DNA from: an uncultured virus (IMG/VR IMGVR_UViG_3300028805_000071)
Taxonomy: Duplodnaviria; Heunggongvirae; Uroviricota; Caudoviricetes
IMG/VR virus record: IMGVR_UViG_3300028805_000071
Length of the DNA stretch: 64,000 bases
Strand: one strand, 5' to 3'
The position numbers were made by a program, and so were the translations under genes. The stretch's first letter is position 1; each line of letters opens with the position of its first letter. Shown here piece by piece: positions 52,736 through 61,180 of this stretch. The notes beneath the pieces are model-generated. The model had not been told where the DNA came from. It searched no databases and worked only from the letters and a program-made list of their open reading frames with translations.

Positions 52736-55123
52736 CTAATTACCTTTAACGTAATTAGCAGACGTGCTAAATACGCTAGATAAATCTGATTGCTCTACTC
52801 AAGAGCCGTTTATTTTTTTATAAACTTTAGAATACATTCTTCATGTATTATTTTCTTTTACATATAATTGTATCGTAGCATCTCCGGCCACTACATTAAT
52901 TGTATGATTTGCAGAGATATTATTTAATTTATATTTATAACTTACAACAGGATTATTATTTTTATCAACACCAGTTTCACGCTCTAATTGGGGTGTAACA
53001 TTATTTCCATTATCAGTAATTGTAATAGTTGAACTAACACTATTTGGAACAATATTTAATACATAACCATCTCCGTCTAATTTAACTTGTTGTCCATCAG
53101 GGAATAAGCGCATTCCTGAGGTACCAGATGAAGTAATGTACCAAAAATCTACATCACCAAATACAAAGATTAAGCTATGCTTTTGAGTAACATTTGTTAA
53201 TGTATATGTATAATCTCCTCCAATAGAAGTGGCCTCTACACTTAATACTTTTCATTGTAAACTATCATATCCATCTTCTGAAGCGTCATCTTTACCATAT
53301 TTAATATCAATAAAGTGCTCTCCCATCGGAACTTCATAAGTTACAGTTTGCGCAGAACTTGAGTTAGTGCATCTTGCGATTTGATAATGTGAAGTTGAAT
53401 CTGAAGGGGATGAACCGCCACTAGAAGCCGTAAGTCCATCTGTTGCAACTTCAGTGTCTAACTTACCAAACATACCATAATCATAATTTGCTTCGGCATA
53501 ATTTATATATTGAATTGTAACCAAACATTCTGATTCAAAATTCATATTTAATCTTGCCACAGAAGCAGATTTGTTCACGCCATCATTTGTCGATACATAA
53601 TAACCAGTTGAGTTATTTAAATAAAACCCATAATTGGCGCCACTAACTTGTGTATCAATTGTATAAGTATTATTTGGTGTGCCGCCTTGCAACTGACTTG
53701 TAATATCTACACCATTATCAAGCGCAAGAGTTAGTTGCGGGTCGCTAGGCGTAATAGTAATTGTCTGATTAGCGCCCTCAACAACACGTACGGTTCCATT
53801 TGCTGGATTAGTAATCGCATTAATACTTGAGATTGTGATTGGCCAATATGTTTCTGTTGGGTCTTCTTCTGGTGGAATAAATACACCGGCTTCGTCAACT
53901 AAAATAACGTGGTCTGCCGATAAATTCGACATTGTATATGTATAATAATAATCATTACCGGCACTCGGCATTGTGTATGTTACATTTCATGTAATACCAC
54001 AAAGCAATCCGCCATAATATCCTACAGTAAATCTTAAAGTTGCATTTTGTAATTCAGAACGAGTTCAAGTACCGGGTGTTGGTACAGTAAACAGATAATT
54101 AGATGTACTCGTTAATTCATAATCATCGCCCTTTTGAGTAGAGCCTGAATATAAACTAACCATTGCTTTATAGCTACTACTAACACTTGAACTTTCTCTA
54201 TGGCCATACCCCTTTACTTCAATATTAGTGATTGTAGCATTATTTGGAATATCGCTAAAATCAAAACTGTATGTAACATAACCATTAGAACCACTAGAAG
54301 CGTACATATTGTTAGTTGAGCTGTATGGGTTTTCAGCGCTACGCCCGACTGCATATGCAGCGTAACTTGTTCCACTTTGAATGCCGCTTGTTGTTTGCGA
54401 CTCAGCGGTTTTAGATAAAGCCCCACCAGTTTCAACTTGGTGCTGTTCTAATAAATTATTTACCTCAATACCATTATCAGTTACAACAACATCATCAATA
54501 TTTGCTGCATCAATACGCACAATCGCTTCTTCACCACTCATTACTTCTTGTGAAGCTGGGGTTACTGTTGCTGAAGCAACCGAACTTGACGCCGTGATAG
54601 TATAAGCTGTGCCATTAATACTATAATTAATAGTTAAATCTGCTCCGTAAAAATATAAATAAGCTGCACGATTTGCATTTGAATTACTGCGTTCACCAGT
54701 AAGTCGAACTTGAATATCGCTTAATTCAGCTAATGTCCATGAACCAGTATTGCTAATAGAACGTGAAGTGGCAGATGTAGATGAAGCTGAAGTTGCAGCG
54801 CCCTTTGCAGTAGAACCACAATATAATTGAATAGTAGATGTAGGTAAGTAAGAAGTAGAACTTACTCTTGATTTAACACTACACGCAACTGAATTAATTG
54901 TAGCTCCTGCAGGTATACTAGATACATTGAAAGTATATGAAATATAAGACTCTGCCCAAGAACCAGTTCTACAAGTTATATATGCATAATTTGTACTTGA
55001 AGCAGAATCATATCCATTTGAAATAGGATATGAACTACTTACGCCAGAATAAGAAGAATTAGCACTATCATAATCAACAGGATGAAGAGTGACGCTATCT
55101 GTCACATTTATAACTCTTGCCAT
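52736..55123 (-). CDS. structural or adhesin protein with internal duplicated domains (795 aa; about 5 TGA=Trp)
   Basis: Three fragments in frame; PGT*TRSEL versus internal GSWTLAEL; C-terminal LYVKENNT*RMYSKVYKKINGS*V. Confidence 0.83.
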
Positions 55124-55135
55124 ATTTTCTCCTCC

Positions 55136-57616
55136 TTATTGCTGTAAATAAATATCTCCATTATTACCTAATGAAGATGACGGAGCCGTAGCTCCAGTAT
55201 AATATTTATTAATTACAAGTGTGCCGGTAATTAATTCTCCGTCGACGTAAGCAGTAACACCATCAAGAATTTCTGTCGCGCCAGCCGTAGCATCACTTGT
55301 AAATGTACCATTTACTCCAAAAATATTTACACCTGATTTAATATTGCCAGCTACTAAATCAGCATCTCCAGCAATCGTCTGCGTTCCAGTTAAATAGGTG
55401 CCAGAAGCGATTGTTTGATTTGAAGTTCCTGGAGTAATTGTAGCAGCTGCTTTAGTAGTTACATTAGCGGTTAAAGTAACACTACTATTACCAGCAGTAC
55501 CAGCACTAATATAGCCAGCTGTTGTTACATTTGGTGTTACACTAACAGTCTTTGTAAGAGTTAATGTATTGGTTCCAGTAGAAACAGTAGCTGTTGTACC
55601 ACTAATTGAACTTGGTGCTGTAACACTGCCATTTGGAGTTGCGCTAATTTGATAATACGCAGTAGAAGAGTTATATCCAACTGGGATATTGATATATTGC
55701 ACAGCTGTGCTTCTGCCAATTGTTGCTTTTCTTGTGCCACCAGATACAGCCGTTGAGCTTGCGCTTGTCGGTAATGTCATTGATGCAACTGACTTGCTAG
55801 CAGCTGAGCTATAATATCCGGCCGGAGCGGTCACTGTACCGCCATTAACTGTTAAATCATCGCTATCTCTTTGTGAGATTCCGCTACCAACATAAGTTGA
55901 AGAAATTGCTCCAACTTTAACTACTCCAGTTGTATAAACGCCAGAAGCAACTGCGGTTTGTTCGCTTTCTGTTGGAGTAACTGTTTTAGCCGCTTGAGTT
56001 GTTAATTGTTTTGTATTTGAATAACTATTATCAGTTGTAAATCCTCTTGTCCAACTACCAGAAGCAGTAATTACACCAGCGCTACTAACACTAATAGTTG
56101 GGTCTGGGATATTAACAGTTGTATGACTTACAGTACCAGTTCCATTATGATAACCAGCTGGAATAGTAACACTTGTTGTAGTTTGGTCTAATGTTCTACT
56201 CCAAGCAGCATTATTAGTCATTGTACCAGTTAATAACTGACCTTCATTATTATATGCCTGATAGCCAGCTAAAATTTGGCCTACTGCGGCAGCAGTATCT
56301 GGAGCTGGTAAAACTGTACTTAAATCTTTAGTTAATGTTGTTTGATTATAATATCCAGCGGGAATTGTGATACTAGCTCTTACACCATAATCCCCAGTTT
56401 CTTCTTCAAAAGAAGCCACATTTAAAGCGGTATTAGTAATACTACTAGCTGAAAGGCTGGCAGTAACTGTACCACCACTAGTATATCCAGCTGGAATTGT
56501 ATATGTGCCGCCTTGTGCAGTAATAGTTCCGCCAGTAGCGCCATTATTAGCCATACTACCAGTAATTTTTGAACCATTTACATAAGCGGTTTTATTCTTT
56601 AAAATATTTGCTGCGACCGCATCGGCATCACTAGTTGTAATATAAGCGGCCGGAATAGCATTAACAGTTACAGTTCCTAAACCGGTATATCCACTATCCG
56701 CAGAAACACTTTGCTGACTTTTAGTAGGAGTAACTGTTTTATTTTGATTGTTGATTGTACCTCCAGTAGGAACATTTACAGTAACTGAAGAAAACCATTT
56801 TCCAGAACTTGGGGAATGGGTTCCATTAGATGTAATTGTAGTTGTTTCTGAAGGAACAGCTGCTACTGAAATTGCTCCTAATGTATACACGTTTTTAGCT
56901 ACAGCTGTTTGGGCTGAAGCGCTTGGTGTAATTGTTGTTGCGGCCTTTGTGGTTAATTGCAGTGTATCTGATTTAGTACCAGCAGCAACGTAACCCTCGG
57001 TTTGTGTTGCGCTTGCAGTAATTAAACCAGTGTTATCAATTGAAACTGAAGGTGTTGCTTGGGTTGCTGTTGCAACAGATTTTGTGACTTTAGACGCATA
57101 ATATCCAACAGGCACTATAACACTTGCCCCAGAGGCGGTTACATCGGTAGCAGTACGTTGTGTAATGCTACTACCTATATAAGTACTTGAAATCGGCTCT
57201 ACAACAACTTGACTTAAGCCATCATATCCAGAGTCAGGGGTTGCGTATTGCCTGGTCTCTGTTGGAGTTACCGTTTTTGATTGGGTTGTAAAATTACCTC
57301 CACCAGCATGGGTTCCAGTAACACCGAAGATTGTTACTCCGTCTTTAATATTCGCTGCAATTAAATTACTATCGCCTAGTATGGTTTGCGCACCAGCGAT
57401 ATATTTACCAGCTGAGATTACTTGGTTAGTTGTGCCAGGAGTATAAGTCGTGGCCGCTAAATCTGGCATTGTACCAGTTATTTGGCCATATCGTCCATAA
57501 GCAATTAAACCGGCACGTAAATCACTTGCATTTTGTAAAGTGGCGCCGGCTGTACTTCCAGAGGCTGTTCCAACAACTACACCATCAATTTTTTCACGAT
57601 TAAAATAAATTGGCAT
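55136..57616 (-). CDS. repetitive Thr/Ser/Gly-rich tail fibre protein (826 aa)
   Basis: Repeats KTVTPT, TIPAGY, NIK.GV.IFGV.GT, AYVNG..ITG. Confidence 0.85.
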   Translation of the reverse strand: MPIYFNREKIDGVVVGTASGSTAGATLQNASDLRAGLIAYGRYGQITGTMPDLAATTYTPGTTNQVISAGKYIAGAQTILGDSNLIAANIKDGVTIFGVTGTHAGGGNFTTQSKTVTPTETRQYATPDSGYDGLSQVVVEPISSTYIGSSITQRTATDVTASGASVIVPVGYYASKVTKSVATATQATPSVSIDNTGLITASATQTEGYVAAGTKSDTLQLTTKAATTITPSASAQTAVAKNVYTLGAISVAAVPSETTTITSNGTHSPSSGKWFSSVTVNVPTGGTINNQNKTVTPTKSQQSVSADSGYTGLGTVTVNAIPAAYITTSDADAVAANILKNKTAYVNGSKITGSMANNGATGGTITAQGGTYTIPAGYTSGGTVTASLSASSITNTALNVASFEEETGDYGVRASITIPAGYYNQTTLTKDLSTVLPAPDTAAAVGQILAGYQAYNNEGQLLTGTMTNNAAWSRTLDQTTTSVTIPAGYHNGTGTVSHTTVNIPDPTISVSSAGVITASGSWTRGFTTDNSYSNTKQLTTQAAKTVTPTESEQTAVASGVYTTGVVKVGAISSTYVGSGISQRDSDDLTVNGGTVTAPAGYYSSAASKSVASMTLPTSASSTAVSGGTRKATIGRSTAVQYINIPVGYNSSTAYYQISATPNGSVTAPSSISGTTATVSTGTNTLTLTKTVSVTPNVTTAGYISAGTAGNSSVTLTANVTTKAAATITPGTSNQTIASGTYLTGTQTIAGDADLVAGNIKSGVNIFGVNGTFTSDATAGATEILDGVTAYVDGELITGTLVINKYYTGATAPSSSLGNNGDIYLQQ

Positions 57617-57629
57617 AGGCTACCTCCTT

Positions 57630-58061
57630 TTAGTTAGCTACGTCCGCAGCTGTTCATGTTTTAACTTGAACCAATGGCGGAATTTGAATGGTTGTATTTC
57701 TTCCACCCGGTCTAGTCATTGTTAAAGTACTTGTAGCATAATTAAATGATAAATCTGCTATATACGTGTCTATAATTGGTCGAGGCAAGCCCGTGTCTGG
57801 GTCGTATGTAGGTGCGGTATCATATGTTGCTGTATTTGCTAAAACTGCAGTATCAGCAACTGATGGACGCAATTCGAGCCTATAAACTGTTTTCCCATTT
57901 ACCTGACCTTGCTTAAATATTGGTATATTAAGAGGCGCTTTATCTAAAGCTACATCTATGTAAAATCTTCCATTGTCAGGGGTGAAATAAGCAAAACCAT
58001 CATTAAGCGCTACAGAGCTTAATCTGCTTGAATCACCACGTAATATTTTAAAAAGTGCCAT
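57630..58061 (-). CDS. hypothetical tail-associated protein (143 aa; TGA near the C-terminus)
   Basis: AAGGAG SD; MALFKILRG...DG.AYFT.D.GRFYID; LVQVKT* parallels LVQIVRW of the 48380 gene; TAA 57630. Confidence 0.72.
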
Positions 58062-58082
58062 ACGTTTCTTTTCTCCTTTCCT

Positions 58083-58123
58083 AAAAAAAAATACCCCTTG
58101 GGGTTCCTATCTCCCAAGGGGTA
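58083..58123 (-). terminator. intrinsic terminator in the leader of the tail fibre cluster
   Basis: TACCCCTTGGG/CCCAAGGGGTA hairpin followed by T9 on the minus strand. Confidence 0.75.
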
Positions 58124-58247
58124 CAGTAAGTCGCAATAATATAACTATTTCTTAATTTTCCTATTGCGTATCTTACTGTCCAATGGAAAATATTATCTCT
58201 ATTTATATTTGATTTTATTTGCTATTAACTTATTCTAAAATGACCAT

Positions 58248-58283
58248 AAAAAAAACGGGCTTCTAAAAAGAAGCCCGTTTTTT
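58248..58283. terminator. bidirectional terminator
   Basis: A-run, CGGGCTTC/GAAGCCCG hairpin, T-run. Confidence 0.8.
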
Positions 58284-58285
58284 AA

Positions 58286-58957
58286 TTAGTCAAATAAATC
58301 GGTCCAATAAATATTAAATCCGTCTGAATTTTCAAGTCTATTTAATCTTTCTAAAATAAATTCAAGACTTGTTATATCTTTTTTAGACAGCTCTTCTTCA
58401 AAAGCCGCTTCTGCAATTGTATATCCTTTATCACCTAAGCCAGACAGAATTCTGCTTGTTGAAGGAATTGTATTGATAATATACTCAAATTCATATTTAG
58501 GTTCTTCTGTATTAATTACTCCATCACCATCTTGGATGGTTTCTGTTGTTTTCTTAAGTTTATAAAACCTAATTGCATATTTAATAGTACCAGCAGAAGC
58601 AGTAGCCGGTCCTTGAATAACCCAAGGAATTAACATCTTACCCTCAGCAGCTAATGTCTGAGTGTCATAAATTGGAGCTGCATAAATATAAGATTTACCT
58701 TTAGCGTTGATGTATTGAATAATACAAGTAGAGTCCGCTAAATCGACTGTATCGAAATAGCGGTCTACTTTAAAGAATACTGTCTCAGCAGTATGGTCTG
58801 TTTCAACACTTAAGAAAGTCGGTGTTTCAATTGTACGGGTATTTAAATCAATCGCGTAAATTGGTTCACTCTCAGGAATACTTAATCTTTCTTTACGAAG
58901 ATTAATATTTTGAATTTCTTGAATATGGGATAAATATTCATAAGCGGATGTAATCAT
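58286..58957 (-). CDS. BppU-like baseplate protein
   Basis: IDLNTRTI..P...V..DH.AET..F.VDRYFD..DL, W.I...AT...G.I.YAIRF. Confidence 0.65.
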   Translation of the reverse strand: MITSAYEYLSHIQEIQNINLRKERLSIPESEPIYAIDLNTRTIETPTFLSVETDHTAETVFFKVDRYFDTVDLADSTCIIQYINAKGKSYIYAAPIYDTQTLAAEGKMLIPWVIQGPATASAGTIKYAIRFYKLKKTTETIQDGDGVINTEEPKYEFEYIINTIPSTSRILSGLGDKGYTIAEAAFEEELSKKDITSLEFILERLNRLENSDGFNIYWTDLFD

Positions 58958-58979
58958 AATAAATTACCTCCTTCCCGTA

Positions 58980-60860
58980 TTAGTCAGTAAATACAACTAC
59001 GTTTGTAAGTGTTTTGCTAACAGTATTATTAAATGTATTAATTATTCTTGCATAATATGCGCCAGATGCTGTAGGAGCATAAGCCTCAGTGGTTGCACTT
59101 TCAATTAATAAGTCAGTAGCTTCTCCCTCAATATCTTCAGGGTTAACTTGTTCACCAACTCTCTTGAACCACTCATATGCAACACCATCAGATTGCTCAG
59201 GAGTAAATCTAGTATAATTAATTCTTAATTCATTGCGATTAACTACACTAGGATTGCTAGTTCCATTATATGCAGTACCATCGGCATTAACAGCAATCAG
59301 TTGAAGGTCGCTTGCGGCTGATTTAGCAGGTTCAGTAATACGAATAATAAATGCAGGTTCTGTTGCGGCAGTATCTCCATTTAAAGTATTTAATACTGTA
59401 AATCTATAATATCCTTCAGGAATATTTGTTGTAGTAGTTGTAACTGTTGGCTCGCCATCTTCTTCTTCACTAGGAGTTGTTGTAGTTGTTGTTATACTTG
59501 TCTTGAAAATTAAAGCATTATGTTCCTCATCAAATATTACTTGGTCATCTGCAAGTCTAAATTCTTCGTATGATAAAGTTTTTGGGTCATCAACGAAAGC
59601 AGCGTTTTCACTTTTTTCTACTAATAAACTAGGAGTTCCTACTTTAATAGCATCTTTAATAGTTTGGCGACCAGTTAAAATAAATTCAATCTGCTCATCT
59701 TGTCCACTAGCCATAATTGCATATTCAGCAGGGAATCTTTCAATAACGAGTGGAATTGGCATAGGAATTTCACAAACTGTACTCTTAGTACTTGCAACTG
59801 AAGTATGATACCAGAAAGGTTCCTTCTCATCTGACACTGTTCTTGTTTCATTGTCATAAGTATAAATAGTGTTATCTACAATTTCTTTCATACCATAAAC
59901 TACAACATAGTACTGGCCAGAAGAAGTTACAGCTAATGATGGAGTATAAACGCCATCCCCTTCAGTTACTTCACTAAATTCAGTTTCATCCTTACCTTTT
60001 TTATACCAAATGTATGCCATAGCATCATAAGTTTCACCCTCTGGGGCAGCTGCATTTACAGTTAAACGTGTAGTTTCACCACTTTCAATATTGGCAAGAT
60101 AATCATTAAGGTCTCCAGAGATAGGCTCTCCGCCTTCTTCTTCTGCTGGAGTATCTACAAATACAGGGCAGAACGCAATCTGACCGCCCATAAGTCTATT
60201 ACTAATTTTATCAGCAACAGATTCAAGTAAGAAATCTTCTGCGCCTAAATCAAACTCGAGAGTCGGTTTAACTGTAACATTGGCAACCTGAGTAGCAAAG
60301 CTATAAGCAATACCATCTGCATTGTATTGAATAATACGAATTGCAAACTTAATTTGTCCAGCCTTAGCTGTTAAATGGTCAGATGTTAATGCCCAACCAA
60401 AATATATGTAATCTGCATCGGTGTCTTTATCAATAGCATATGCCCAAGAAGCACCCTTTTCTCCATCGGGAGCCTCCCACTCAATTAAAATATGTAAATT
60501 ACCATCTTTTAATTGGTCTCCTACAACACCAGCAGCTTTGCCAAAATCTTTAATATCGAAATAACGATTGATTCTAAACCAAAGAGTTTCAGCTAATTCA
60601 TCGCTAACAACACCCACACCATTACTTGCGAAGGAACGGGGTACTGCAATAGTTCTTGCATTAGCATCAATCTCAAAAATCTCTTCGTCTTCATGTCCAT
60701 CTTCATATAAAGGTAAACGAACAAATCTAGGGCTTATCTCTTTGAGCTCGCTTAAGCGATTTAAATATTGGTCAATCGTAAAATCTGCTGGCGCTACTCC
60801 TAATTCAGTAGCAGCTGCCGTAAAGAGTTTGGCTTCTTGACTCTTTATATATGTAATCAC
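58980..60860 (-). CDS. BppU-like baseplate protein with Ig-like C-terminal domains
   Basis: GTG 60860 with AGGAGG SD; N-terminal domain paralogous to the 58286 gene; Y.WYK...G.YY Ig-like patterns. Confidence 0.68.
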   Translation of the reverse strand: MITYIKSQEAKLFTAAATELGVAPADFTIDQYLNRLSELKEISPRFVRLPLYEDGHEDEEIFEIDANARTIAVPRSFASNGVGVVSDELAETLWFRINRYFDIKDFGKAAGVVGDQLKDGNLHILIEWEAPDGEKGASWAYAIDKDTDADYIYFGWALTSDHLTAKAGQIKFAIRIIQYNADGIAYSFATQVANVTVKPTLEFDLGAEDFLLESVADKISNRLMGGQIAFCPVFVDTPAEEEGGEPISGDLNDYLANIESGETTRLTVNAAAPEGETYDAMAYIWYKKGKDETEFSEVTEGDGVYTPSLAVTSSGQYYVVVYGMKEIVDNTIYTYDNETRTVSDEKEPFWYHTSVASTKSTVCEIPMPIPLVIERFPAEYAIMASGQDEQIEFILTGRQTIKDAIKVGTPSLLVEKSENAAFVDDPKTLSYEEFRLADDQVIFDEEHNALIFKTSITTTTTTPSEEEDGEPTVTTTTTNIPEGYYRFTVLNTLNGDTAATEPAFIIRITEPAKSAASDLQLIAVNADGTAYNGTSNPSVVNRNELRINYTRFTPEQSDGVAYEWFKRVGEQVNPEDIEGEATDLLIESATTEAYAPTASGAYYARIINTFNNTVSKTLTNVVVFTD

Positions 60861-60944
60861 TATATTTTCCTCCTTTTTAAAGTCAATGGGGGAGGGAGAT
60901 TCCCTCCCCTTCATTATAATTAATTTTTATTTAGTGGAAAATGG

Positions 60945-61163
60945 CTAGATTTGACCATTATCCTTTACTTCTTTCCATTTACCAAGGTTAGTAGGATTAA
61001 TAACAATATTTTTATAAAAATGTTTATTATCCATGGTTAAAAGTTTACCATCCTCAGCCATTATTTCATAGTGTTTTTTATAAGGAACACCATCTAAACG
61101 GACGTAACTAGAAAGAACTTCGCCATTATTGTTTTCATATTGATAAACAATTCTTTTTTTCAT
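60945..61163 (-). CDS. hypothetical protein (72 aa)
   Basis: AAGGAGG SD; AEDGKLLT...W.EV pattern common next to tail genes. Confidence 0.72.
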   Translation of the reverse strand: MKKRIVYQYENNNGEVLSSYVRLDGVPYKKHYEIMAEDGKLLTMDNKHFYKNIVINPTNLGKWKEVKDNGQI

Positions 61164-61180
61164 TAGTTATTCCTCCTTTA

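Noticed and set aside
39361..55123. Decayed prophage with pseudogenised tail genes
   Set aside because: Every break I traced is an in-frame TGA at a Trp-compatible site, with no frameshifts or TAA/TAG, which random decay would not produce.
48380..57616. CRISPR array or diversity-generating retroelement among the repeats
   Set aside because: The repeats are degenerate protein-level fibre repeats. I saw no identical spaced direct repeats, no reverse transcriptase and no adenine-specific TR/VR pair.
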